From Tubiluchus corallicola (Eukaryota > Animalia > Priapulida), in NCBI GenBank assembly GCA_030141605.1, contig JAQGDQ010000048.1, positions 558,001 through 622,000 of the forward strand: a stretch of DNA of 64,000 nt, given 5' to 3'. Position 1 is the stretch's first letter, and every line of letters begins with the position of its first letter. Under the pieces are notes generated by a model. The model ran no database searches and was not told the DNA's origin. It saw only the letters and a list, made by a program, of their open reading frames with translations. Below, one piece after another: positions 13,061 through 26,100 of the stretch. The translations under genes and the position numbers were made by a program.

Positions 13061-13854
13061 TAAACGTCCTTTAATTACCCAGTGCTTCTGCAACTACCAT
13101 TTCAACTTTCCACTTAATCAGGTTAACCTGCTTAACTGACTTTTACATTTAACCACAGTTAAACCACCACTGATCTTTCTTCCTCACAGCAAGTGCCACT
13201 AGGAGGCACTTCCACCATTAGGAGGCATAAGGAGAGAGAAAACTATAGTATAAGTAAAAAACCTACACATCGGCTTCGGCTTGTCGATCTATGGTAATAT
13301 TATTACGGTAAAAAAATATTGTTAGGGAATTTGCTCAAACTATTAATCCAACAGACTGGCTACATAAAACAGTACATTTAACGAAACAGTAAAGTTCATT
13401 TTAGCATACTTTCTTTAAATAATGCAGGGCCATAATCATAATGGAGTATCAGCAAGCTTGAAACACAATACCTTTTGATCCCAGACAAATATAACTAGAA
13501 GGCAATTTTGACTTTTTTAGTAATTAATAAGCCAATAATTTGAAAATTTTAATCGTCGAGAATATCAGTGATAAAATAACATTCAATAAACATTGAAGGG
13601 CGCGACCATACTATAAACTATTGCTGCCTTAATGAAATCTGAAAGTCAAACGCACCGTTTAAATTTCATTGATGTATTAAGTAGAGCCCTTGAAACGATA
13701 AAAAAGCGAGAGGGGGGTCGGCCGCTGACGTATATAGATATATTGCAAAAATATTTAGCAAACACAACTCTAGATTTGAGTGATGCATGATGCATCATGG
13801 GCACTATAGTGGCAAATAGGGGTGCCTACTGCCTGGCATCAACAGGTGGAGTGA

Positions 13855-14080
13855 GCCATACCATACCATACTGACACTCTTACAATACAAGAGTGGTAGA
13901 GGTTAATGGAGCAAGCTCATTGTAACCGCATATTTCGTATCTAAATATCTGTCCAGCTTGTTCTTGAACTTGCTCACTGAAGAATATTTAGCAATTTCAG
14001 CTGGGAGTTGATTCCACTCTCTAACCACTCTTTCCGTGAAAAAATATTTTCTATCATGTTTTAGAGCATATGAGCACATA
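13855..14080 (-). mobile_element. CR1-type LINE 3' end fragment
   Basis: RKYFFTERVVREWNQLPAEI on the minus strand, followed downstream by (TATGG)3. Confidence 0.7.
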
Positions 14081-15299
14081 GACGACGAATCGTGAATAGT
14101 AACTGTTGGAGTTGTTCACTTCTTAGTAATACAGATAGCAGATACACGCCTTTATGTTGTTAACTGTGCGAAGTGCACAATTATTGTTATTCTCTATAAT
14201 TGTCTATACAGTTTCACAGGTTGCAGGGGGTGGGTTGGATGGTCTTACAGAAGGATACAAACCAGTATATCTGGTAGTTATGACGATTTTGAACAATTTT
14301 TGCTTCTTTTGTAGCCCTTTTGCTTACTGTTGCTTACTGCCAATCTTGTTGGTTAGTTAATTCTTTTTTATTTACTAACATTTAATGAAAAACGTTGGTA
14401 CAGTTGACCTATAAAAGCCTGCTACAATGTGAGCAATTATAAGTATTGCAAAAATTGAAATGTGTTATCGTAGTTCCAGAGCTGTTTACAATTGCACTAT
14501 TTTGTAGCAACCATAATTAGCTAATTCAATTGTAGAACAGGCTTCTCTCAATGAAGATGAATAATGATACAAAATTGTATTTGCCTGACACTGTTTGACT
14601 GGGCTATAAAATTCGCACTTTAGACTAAAGTATTTCACATGTTGTCTTGCATCATCAAAATTAATCATCTGTGCCATGCTATTACATTTGTTCTGGAGAT
14701 TAATAGTTGAAGAAGAACAAGAACACTGTTCATGGTTACTCACTCCAAAAAAGCTTGTCTAAGATTTTTTGCTGCAGTGCATTAAATTTTATGATGTTAC
14801 TAGGCTAGGGCTAGTTTGAGTTTTGAAAATGATGGTCACGATAGAATCAGCAGTACATGATGAAACAATAATTAGAGTCACAAAGTTAATTATGTAAACT
14901 GTAATAAAATGTTATTGCTCAGTGTTTATATAGTGTTGATTGGATTGCACTTCTTTATTGCTTTATGGACTGTCTATAATATTGTAATATGTCCTATTTC
15001 TTCTAGTTCTTTTGTCACAGTTCTTTCAGCAGCTCACTGTATAAAGCTCGCAATGTGGTTGAAGATGACTGACATTACTCGTCTCTACTTTTATTAATAT
15101 GTCGCGATAAACTAAGTTCAGCTATGTAGTATGTAGTATTATTGCAATTGGGGTTACAGTTAGGGTTATGGTTAGGTCTAGGCTAGGTTGAGGGTATATT
15201 AAATTGTATGGGGGAATTGCAAACTCCTTCCAATTTTGGTGACAGATTAAATTTTTGCTTGGTACTAGGATACGTGAAAGCAAACAGATCAACACTGAC

Positions 15300-17510
15300 T
15301 TAGGAAAAAGGTATGAGATATACTTAGGTAAACGTTGTCAGTTGTTTCTTAAGTGTAAGTGCCACCTTGTGTCAGTTGTCATGGTATTGTGAGGAAGCAA
15401 GGTCAGTGGTGGTATGGCAAAAGGATCAGATGTGTCAGTATATGACAAATTGAAATGGTGTTGCAGAAGAGTTGGCTTTTTGAAAAAACATTTAGAGTCC
15501 ACTCAGGCTGGAACGGATCATGGAACTTCCTTGGATGGTTTTTTCCTAGTCTCAAGTCTCAAGTCTTTCATTTTGTTACTGCTATTATGTGTTACTCACA
15601 CAGTAACCATACTTACATTGTCTTTCCCTATCGATGTAGAACCTTTCCCACACCGAAACGCATTTGTCAAGTTTGTGCCCACGTGTCTAATAAGTTAATA
15701 TCATTTTTGAGTTTGTGGTAGTCATTCCTTGACTTCAGTATCCTGTAGATTCTTGTAACAACTGCAAACATTTTCACTGATGATTTTAAATTGTTTGGTA
15801 GATTGTTGATGAACATAAGGAATAATATAGGCCCTAATACACTTCCTTGTGGCACTCCGCTCTTGGTGGGTCTTCATGAAAATTTTGCAGAATTGATTCT
15901 AAATGCGAGCGGTCTTTAAGAAACTCTTTTGTCCAGTGGTGGTGGTTGCCAGAGATCCTATGTGTGGCAAGGTTTAACATGAGCTTTCTAAGTGGAACTT
16001 TATCGAAACCCTTGTGCAAATCATAAAATATTACGTCAACAGAAGACTCTTCGCCAGAGGTGCTTGCCAGTCATTTAAAGACTGAAGTAGACTTAAAATG
16101 CAGAAACTTCTTTTTTATGAATACATATTGAGAGACAGTAATAAGCTCGTTTGCAATGAGATAGTCGCAAATAGCATATGTAATTACTTTCCCGATCAAG
16201 AAATTTACATATAATTGATGTTAAGTTTATTGGTCTGTAGTAGGTTTTTAGTTCTTGCTCCCCTTTCTTGAAAATAGAGACACAATTGAATTCTTCCATG
16301 CTTGTGGCAATTTTCCCTCATTAAATGATTTTTTAAAAACACATACTAATGGTGCTGTTAAACTTGTTACTAATTGCTTTATTGTAAATGGGTGAATACC
16401 ATATGATCCTATGGAGGAATCAGCTCTGAGATCAGCTATGGCTTTGGATATATTCTCTTCAGTGAGTGTTCGATGCAGCAGGTTTGTGTTTGGTGCAGCA
16501 GCTTGATCATCTTCTTCAATGAAAACACTAACGAAGTATTCGTTAAGTAGCTCAGCTTTGCATGCATCATCAGCAACTGCTTCTCCATTTTCCTTTAATG
16601 TAGGTACCTTGTCTCGTTTCTTTAAAGCAAAACTGGACCCAATCATGAAGGTCAAAACAATCTACTCTTTAAAATATTGAAAGGAAACATACTATTTTTT
16701 TCCAAAAATGGCTTACGTCAAAAGAATTTTACGTCACAAGCACAATTTCATGTTCGCTCCACTAGTTCTTCGCCGTTATGTGTATTTGACTGCTAATTAA
16801 ACGGGCACTAGCGCCTGCATTTCGGAAATGTATTACACAAAAACAGGTGCTGTACCTCTAAGTTCAGATGTGTTAGTTTCTGACGAACTATACAAATTCG
16901 ACAGCTCATGCGTGAGCACAGTGCTAAATTTGAAATTAGAATTTTTATCTTAAAACATGCTAGTTTTAGTATAACGCACTGAATGTCTTATAGTAGCACT
17001 GAACTTCAATTTTCACTTTTGCAAACATGTGCAACATGCTCGTGGAATATTTTTGCTGTTGAAAATTATGTTAGTTTGTGATGTCTTCAATAGTTGGGCC
17101 CGCCCTGCTGTTAATTAAGTTTTTAATCTATTATTTAATTATCAGAAACGTTTATGTAGTATTAATCATGTTAAAATGTATCCTTTTTATCGGACTTGAA
17201 AATGGGGATAATAATATGAAAAATCATCATGTCTCCCTTTAAATTGTAATTGATATATACCCAGAAGTGCTTAGGATGCGATTTTTGGACATTACTAGTC
17301 GTTTTTCGTAATTTTTCTTTGCTTTCCTTATAGTTTTTGTTGGAGTATTTCTTTGTTTAACATACAAGTTGAAGCTAGTAAGATGTTGCCCAGTACAGTA
17401 TTATCTCTGTTTAGACCATTTAGATTTTACAGCTTGATGAGCTTCTTTCGTCATCCAGGCTGGTTTGAGTTTACCAGTTTTGCTCGACATGATGGACAAC
17501 ACTGACAACC
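15300..17510 (-). mobile_element. Decayed, 5'-truncated CR1-type LINE (ORF2 reverse transcriptase)
   Basis: Frameshifted peptides KPAWMT, HFWVYIN, AWKNSIV, YRPINLTSIICKFL, KGFDKVP, PQGSVLGPILFLMFIN, KMFAVVTRIY (degenerate FADD); boundaries approximate. Confidence 0.9.
16626..17238. mobile_element. TTAA-flanked non-autonomous insertion (Kolobok/piggyBac-like) nested in the CR1
   Basis: TTAA at 16622-16625 and 17239-17242; removal restores CR1 frame HFWVYINYNLKKRDKVPTLK; both ends read TTAA-AG inward with an imperfect inverted repeat. Confidence 0.75.
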
Positions 17511-18239
17511 ACATAGTTATTAATAATTCAAAAATTCTGCAGTTGAAAAATTAAGAAAAAAACATATTTTTAAAACTGCGACTGTAATTTTTCTTCAGGT
17601 GAAAGCAAATTGGTGCACAACTGCACATTAGGCTAGACATGCACTAACACCAGATATGATGATAGTAAAGTAGTGCTGATTCTTGGTTTGGCATTTGTAG
17701 CAGGTCGATAATGTGACTGCCAAAGCACTGCTTCTGAAAGAGTCTATCTGCCTGTTCTTATTGAGGAAGTGTGTGCATACATCCAAATGTAGTTGACACA
17801 ACTGTTTGTTCAAAACGTGTTTTTTATTGGAGCGTAATTCTGGCCTAATATTTCACAATTTTCCACTGTACAGTGCAGTTCTTACAGTTCTTGAGTATTG
17901 CTGTTGAATGGGCAAAATTTAATTATAGTGCTACTGCATTTTTGCTTGTCGCGGTCTTAAAAAACTGATTCGAACAAAACGCTTGAACAAGGGTATCGGC
18001 ATGGGTAAGTAGCTGTGTTTTGCAATATTGGTATCAAGGAAGGAAAATACATTTAATGTTTTTGCATTTTTAGATTTGAACCGAGCGAATTCACGAGAGG
18101 CTTTACTGCATTGGTTAACTGTTTGCTGTGGATTAGAAGTCCGTGCTATGAAAGTAAAGTTTCGTACTTAGTGGATCTGCGGTTCACAGGCTTCACTTCA
18201 CCTTTTCCAAGGTGAGCACAACCTATTGAGGTGTAAGAG

Positions 18240-18560
18240 CAGATTATTTTCTTCTGACGTCATTATTATGGCCATTCCTGTTTTTGCATACGAGTGTCAC
18301 CCTTCCCCTTCATTACATTTCGTTATAACAACTCTGTGTTTTCTCTTTATTCCATAATTTCTCTAAATGCCCTTACTAGTCGTTCAACTGTTTCTATTTC
18401 TGTTGTTTTTATAGTCTCTATCCTTACATTATACTTCTCACAACTTAATGCATGTTCTGTTGTATCTTCCTGAATCCTGCACTTAGGGCACAGTAAATTT
18501 TCCCATTTAAAGTACGTCCTTAAAAACTTCCCTCTTAAAGTTATATTACTTTGCATTACA
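18240..18560 (-). mobile_element. 3' end of a non-LTR retrotransposon with C-terminal CCHC zinc knuckle
   Basis: ORF 18347..18556 LLCPKCRIQEDTTEHALSC (C-x2-C-x8-H-x3-C), typical of LINE ORF2 C-termini. Confidence 0.65.
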
Positions 18561-19309
18561 AGTACCTGTTTGAATTGTAATTGTAATTTATTATCACTTC
18601 AACATGTATTTACATTGCAATTTGGATTATTATCTTTTATAACTATTATGCACTATAACTAGAAAATGAAATATAGTTACAATAATTGTAACAGAACTGC
18701 ATTAATATATTATAGCTTGGTATAGTTAGGGAAAAAATTCCAAATATAATTACAAAAATTTAACAGAAGTATATTAACATAGTTACTAAACTACATAATA
18801 GTTTATCAACAAGAAATAGATGCTGCGTGGTGGTCAAGAAGCAAAGCTTGTAAGACCAGCATGAAAAGTGAAGAAAAAACTACTTAATTTACAAGAGAGA
18901 GTATTATAGAAAAACAGGGAATAGTTAAGATAAAATAATAGAGAAAAAGAGAGAAGAAATGAAATAGAAAAGAGTTCAGCAGAGACGTAATGTGTAATCA
19001 TTTAATGCAAAAGTATGAAAATATAAACTGTAAACTGTAGTTTAAACGATCCTGTGTCAGACTTGCGTAACTTTGAGGCAGTGACTAGTGATACAGATCT
19101 ACATCTAGAAAGCAGTAAAGCTTTAAAAAATACAGATCCGTATCCTGAAAGGCATTTACTAAAGGTACAGATTGATACGTGTACCGAAATCCGCAAGAAA
19201 ATACGGTTCCGTCTCTGGAAAGGGAGTGAATAAAAAAAACACAGTACACCTAGTGTTATTTTGGCATTGACAGATTCGGTGTCAGTATTGAACAGTGCAA
19301 CTGTAACAT

Positions 19310-19626
19310 TGTTGTGTTTTGTTTCTCTTGGAAGGCTCATAGAGAACCAGAAAACACTTCGTCAAATTAAACTAGTTTATTAAGCGAGAATTCTACAACA
19401 CAAAATTATGAAGGAACGCGAAATGATTACACTAAAATGTTTGAGTGTATCTGAAAATACAAGTATACAAGAGAATGTGTAAGTGGCGTCCGTGTGAATC
19501 TGCGTGTGTGTGTCAGCGGCCTGCTTCGCCTTATATAGCGTGCCCGAGAAGCTTCTAGAAGTTCCTTTCCATAACATTCTACAATGTTCTATTTAATTCT
19601 AATAGATGCCAGCGATCTCCACAACA
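19310..19626 (-). mobile_element. Solo LTR (317 bp) with 5-bp target-site duplication
   Basis: TGTTGTG...CACAACA termini; AACAT on both flanks (19305-19309, 19627-19631); minus-strand TATATAA (~19531-19537) and AATAAA (~19376-19381) in the expected order. Confidence 0.88.
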
Positions 19627-19754
19627 AACATACCGCTTGGAGTCTACATTACAATTTTTTAAAGTGCTATAATTAAGTGTTGGGTAAGTATACATACAAG
19701 TGACGAGGATATTTTTGTACATAAAAGCCACCATTTGCTGATTTATAAAACCCG

Positions 19755-19889
19755 AATTGTAGTAACATCTGGTATGAAAATATTTGAAATTTGTTTAGTT
19801 ATATCTAATAAAACATAGTAAAATTGTAGTAACATCTGGTATGAAAATATTTGAAATTTGTTTAGTTATATCTAATAAAACATAGTAAA
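19755..19889. repeat. Perfect 67-bp tandem duplication
   Basis: AATTGTAGTAACATCTGG...CATAGTAA at 19755 and again at 19822. Confidence 0.95.
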
Positions 19890-20164
19890 GCAATTTTTAA
19901 AACCAGTGTAGCTTTGTATTTAATGTTTCTGGCAATGTTGTTTCAAAGTGTGAAAGTTGCATTTGATTTAATTTTTTTTTACTTGACTCAGTGACTGTAT
20001 TCGTCAACTAAACTAGAAGTAATTCATAATAATCACCACAGACAGGTGGCTGGCAACCCATTGAATAAGTAATATGTAATAGTAGTTATAAAACAGTTTA
20101 AAACTTTCTCAATTTATTTCAGATTGTTTACTAAGACACTGAATAAACTAATGTTACAAATTCA

Positions 20165-23100
20165 ATGATGAAACCAAGGCCATGCTGGGCTTTGAAAGAT
20201 GATAAAGGTGGAGTGCACAAAATTACTTACACTTTAGTCTTTATAGGACGAACCGAATGTGACATTTTATTGCAGGTAAGTTATTCTTATTTGCATTTGC
20301 ACTGCTTGTTTTCAATATCAAATCAGGTTTGTAATTTTGGCAGCAAGTTATGAGTTTCCCTAAACAAATTGGTTGAAGTTTTCACACTGGTACAACATTC
20401 ACAAAACTGAGTATTTTAGTAATACTTTACAGTTCATTTGGTGCTTGAGAACGGATTATTTGCTTTTACATTATTTCTTATGGGAATAAATGATTCGGTA
20501 CTCAACCAAATGGGTTTTCAAACACTTTTTAGGAACGAATTATGGTCGAAAACCGAGGTATGACTATGCCCAAGTCAATTATTAGTAATTCAAATCATGT
20601 CTTCTTTTATTATATCAACAAACAAACAATTATTATTTGTCAGTATGTACTCATTTTGTATTAAAACTGGAAGGTCCGTGTATTTATAAGTTGAGTTTTT
20701 ATGGTTATTTTTCGGTTTATTTGTGTCTCAATGAATTATATTAGGAAATTAACTTAATGAGAAATAAGAATGACGCTGTCACGCTAAAAAACAATAAGCC
20801 TAAGAAATACTCACGTAAAGCAATATCAGTATCATATAGTAAATAAACTAAACTGCACATGACACAATATATTAGAAAACAATTTATAAAAAAGTACTGA
20901 AATAATAAGTTTTTTGAAGAGTGAAGAAGTTACCCAAAATTTTAAAATACGAGGTTGTTAAGTGAGTTAAGATGTACACTAGTATTACCACAGAAAGTTC
21001 TTATTGTATTTATTAATGTGTTAGGTCCCTTGAGAAAAGCTGTGGGGTGTAACGTCAGCATGTGCTATTAGCTATAAAGATTGTGAATCCACCTTTAATA
21101 ACATGTTACTTAAGTTGAGTATGTTGATCTTGTAGTTCTGTGTTGGTTCTGCATTAGAAAACAACTTAGAATTTTTCTACGTTTCTGTTTTTCCTAAATA
21201 CTCAAGCATTTCAACATTCAGATTTGTTAGTTTGATTTATTGTGGTAGTTAAATCTTTAAGTGTTAAATCTTTGTTGCTCATTGTACTGAATGAATGATC
21301 TATTTTTAGTCTCGCAGTGTTGATAACCACCATGCTGTGTTATCACTAGATAGTAGTACTGATAAACTTCAAGTAAAGGACCTTGATAGTTTGAATGGGG
21401 TAAGTTACTTTAGAAACTGTTAAGTTCACTTTTTATTAACATTATGACCTGTTAATTAGCAGGAGGAGGACATATTTACCATTTTTGAATTGATTCTCAC
21501 CAGATCCAGATTAGTTCTTAGATTAATACTGGTGGTCTGGTACTTGATTCTAGCTTATTTTAGCTTTTTTTAGACTCAGTTTTTTGGCTTTAGTTTATGT
21601 TATCAGTATGTACTTGTGTAATTTGTGTTTGACTCATATGCATGCCTTATTTGGATCACTGGCTCACACCAAATCGTTATATTAGCAACCATTAGACCCA
21701 AAGCTTGTAAACTTTTCAAAATTCTTAAACGAAGGCAGGTTATATCAGTACCAAAAATTTTATGAGTACTAAAGCTTATAGTGGAAATTTTGAATGATTA
21801 TCTGCTTGTTGGAAAAAATAATTTTGCTTGCTGTCTCTAAAGTTAAATGCATTGATATGGGATCTTCGAGTGTATGTGCCTGACTTTTAGTCCAAATTAT
21901 TTTTTGGTAACAAAAAAAGTCAGTTTTAGATTGAAAACTTTTGACTAATAAAGTGGGACAAATGCCACAGCTAATGCACTAGCCAGTATCAGGAAGGTTG
22001 TGCTCACTTGCTCACTCAGCTCTGTAACACAAGAAGAGTGTTTAAATTTGAGTTGTTTTTAAATGGATTCTGTTTTCACAAGTTATGCTAAATATTTATG
22101 GTTGTGTGAGGATGTTACATAAGTTCTCAGTCATATCCTGCATGCTTTAACCAAGTACTGTATAGCACTAGCTTGTGTTTCTATGCTGTCGGGATGTCAC
22201 AAATCTGAAATGACTGAATCCTAATCTAAATCGAATTTCATTTTATAAGATTTTTCTAATTTGGTTGCAATCCGAATTTCAGTTTAAAATAATTTTCGAA
22301 TTTGGGACAAATCCGAATTTTGATTTAAAATGACTTTCTAAAATAAATCGAATTTGGATCTCATTTTTTAAAAAAGTTTTTGAACCTAAAAATAGTTCGA
22401 ATCTATGCAGTTTTAATCAAATTGTAACAGATTGATAAGGCAGCGGTGATTTTCACGAAAAAAGGTACATGTAACTTGTCTAAGCAGTGAGCAGTACAGT
22501 TTACAGTAGTTCTGCAATAATAAAAAGTGTGATTTAGTTGTGCTAAAATAATACAAGAAATCTTAGCAGAAATCTTAATACATGAAACTAGCAGTTAAAA
22601 TTGTAACATGCTTTCGCGTAGGATTTTGCGAGCTGGACACATGCTGAAACTGAATATGGCAGCATTTGTTTATTTCAAGTAGAACAAAATTATCAAAAAT
22701 GGTAGCGATTTGAATAGTTTTGCCAAAAAATTTAAAGGTAAAAGAGTGTACAATTACTTCTGCAGCAAAGTGCTAACGAGTCGCTCTGTGGCCGAAGCTA
22801 AACTGAATTTTTTTTCAACAACTGTGCCCAAATTGGGTTAAATCCAGAGTGACATATGTAGAATTTCATTAAACTGAATTGAATTAAAGCTCCGATTCAA
22901 ATTCTTTGGAATCTCCAGTTCTGGCGGAACATCGTAACATCTCTCTGTTGTATGTGAATGTAATTGATATGTTATACTGTTGACAGTATATTTAATTTGT
23001 ATATTTGTAACGAGATTTTGTCAAACAAAGATTATTATACTGAGTTTCTCTTGCCTTAAGGATAGGCCTACTGATGTAATGACTTAATTGATTATATCAA

Positions 23101-26100
23101 TTCAGTTGCGGAAAAGGTCCTCAAAAACTACTTTTTTAGATAAAAATGTACATACGTGTAGATAGATAGTACGTGTCAGATATTTTAAAATAGCTGAGAA
23201 AGTCTCTGTACATGATGTAATGACTAATAAACAAATTGAAAATTTACTAAAAATTTTATTTTTTGTGTTTCTAGACCTTTGTGAATGATTCCAAAATAGA
23301 AGCACAGTCTTTTGTGCCCCTGACTGAAAATGATATCCTGCGGTTCGGATATGATATCCTTTACTAGATTATCAGTGTATTTGTTAGATTATCGACTAAA
23401 ATCAACTAACTCTCTATAATATTAATTTCGGTGGTATGGGGCATTTTATATATTGATACATTTAAGGACGCCTCCACCAAGAGGAGTGGCAACGAGTTGA
23501 TTAGAGGTTTCATTTTCGGCAATTCTTGCTTGGAAAACTGCTTACGCAAAGCCATTGTTATGACATCATTCCATTGTACTCTACCTATAATTTTGTTTAG
23601 TAAAAGCTGCTACTGGCTTTTTGTTATAAATGAGGATTGTGCAGGATGTTCGCATATTATTGATTATAAGCGTATCCATATGCAAAATATTTTGCGGGAC
23701 CTTTGCCAGTTTATTATTGATGTATGATGATAATGGCAAAAACATTTGGGTGAGACATTTTTTGTGCAAAAGGAAGTAATTAGCAAAGAGTGGATGCAGT
23801 GTTCAGTATTTATTGTGGCAGTGGGCAGTTCTCTAAATGAGAAAAACAGTAAAATCTCTAGAAGTTGATATTGTCAAGTAACACAGCAATATAATGTAGT
23901 AAATAACAGTTTTTCACAGAAAATTTTTGTGAGCAATAGTTGCTCTAAATCTACTTGCAATTTGCCTCTAGGATTGCAGGGTAAATTTAGCGCTTATCAA
24001 ATTTTTAAATTGCCTTTAAAAAGCTGAGTGACACTTTTGGTGAATTTGCTGATGAATTTGGTAATCTGTTAACAAGATGTTCTAAGGTGTGTTAAAATGC
24101 GAGAATGTTAGATATTCTCTGTATGAACAATTTTTTCTTGACTTGTCTCACATGCAACAACATACCGTGTTGTCTTGATGGAACCAGTACCTCCTTCATC
24201 AGATATTAGAAGCTCTTCTCCCAACTATCAAACTCACTCACATGTGTCAAGTGAAGCAGGTGTAACTCTACCTGATTACAGACCAACAGGGGTATCCAGA
24301 AGCGATCAGTTCATTCCGTCATCTCATGGCGACCAGTATCCCCCTGTTGTGTCACGTGGAGAACAGTTTCCTTCACCTGTAAAACCTCTCCCTAAAGGTA
24401 ATATTATTTTATAATGTTTTTCTTTTATGTGTTGAAATCATTGTCATCAATATAAACAGTTTTTGCATTTAAATAATGGTGATGTTTATATTGTCCACAA
24501 GTTTCACATATAAGTCATATAATTTTTTGCTTGATGTTGGACTAAATTGACGCTTTATTAATTATATATAAAAACTGCATACAGATGTCTATGTACAATG
24601 CTTGTTTGAAATGAGTACTTTTCTGATGTAGGCATAGAAGAAAGTGGAGTAGATACTGCTAAGTCTCACCCATGGTCATCTTATTCTAACTTTCAGGTAA
24701 TAATTTCTGTGATTTGTTTCCGAGATGATGTGACCCATACGGTCATCCAATTTCACTTGTTCCACTCAGTATGAAATTATACTATATCGCAATTATATCG
24801 ACAAGTTGTATTATATTCTTCTGATTGCTGAGTTGATAGCTAACTTGAATGATTGGTCATTATTTTCATTAGGTAATAATAAGAGTGTATTTAGGATGCA
24901 GTTTCAAGTTAAATTTAATTTGCTACCTTATTTTGCACATGTTTTACAGGGCTACCACGATCCATCTCATCCGTATGGTTTAGAAGAGGAATACCATCAT
25001 CACTATCATCGTCATGTGAGACCTTCCCCACCTCGAGTTTTACCACCACCTCGAAGTTATTATCCTCAAGGACCGCCACCTTACGGTCCTCCATGTGCTT
25101 GCTGTCACCCTGGTATGTATAATTTGTTGCAGAGATTCATTATGATTCTGTGTTTCGAAAAAATCCGGAATTTGCTACGTAAATATTTCCTTTTAGGAAA
25201 TTTTTCACTATTGCTTCATTGTCAAGTTAAAGTTTTGTGTAGTTTAACACCATTACTTGTGACCTAGATGACTAAAAACTTTTGTGTAGCTCATTTTTTA
25301 AGATAACTATTCATGTGTAAAAAGTAATAAACGTGTGTTTTTGCAGTATTTATAATTTTTAGGATATGGTTATTATCAGGATAGTTCGCCTTCACAGCGT
25401 GAAGAAATTTATGAAGGCAGAAAAGACAGCAAGCCTCCTATACCTTATCACCCATATCATCATCACCCATCTGCCCATCCTCACGGTTGGGATCACTATA
25501 TGCACGTGGATCCACATCAGCGCACATACTGTAACATTCATCATCCTGGCTGTAGCGATGGGAGAGGTGACGGATATGATGTTGACCGGGAACGTGGTTA
25601 CTATAGTGATTCTGGTCGATTCAGCAATAGTCCTATCATGATGGCTCCGGAATCTGGACTCCTTCGCTCAAAAAAATCTCATTCCAAAAGTGGAGTTGAT
25701 GCTGCAAGTGATAGCAGTGACATTTCTAGGCATGAAAGTGAAGGAAAGGCAAGCAGCGTGAAGCTTGATATTGATGCTGTGCCAACTAGGGAAAGAAAAA
25801 GTGACGATTTCAAAGCTGATGTAGTAAAACCAACCGACGATGTTGCTAAAGAAGATACATTGTCTCCAAATGGTGAGTCTTCTTACAATTTTAAACTGTT
25901 TTTTGCACACCAAAAACATTATGCAGTTTTGGTAGGTAGAATTTTACCTGTTTTTAATCCTTGTTACGTGGCCTGATAAACTGCAGAAAGTACCTGGAGC
26001 AAAAATTTTAGGGCTTAGAGACTGGCTTTGTTGTTTAATTTTAAGTTTTGTGCTTCGCAAAGTCTGCTTCACAGTTTTGGAGTTATAATTACATACACTC

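Noticed and set aside
15148-15195. Telomere-like GTTAGG repeats
   Set aside because: Few, degenerate copies; more likely a transposon-internal repeat than a telomeric remnant.
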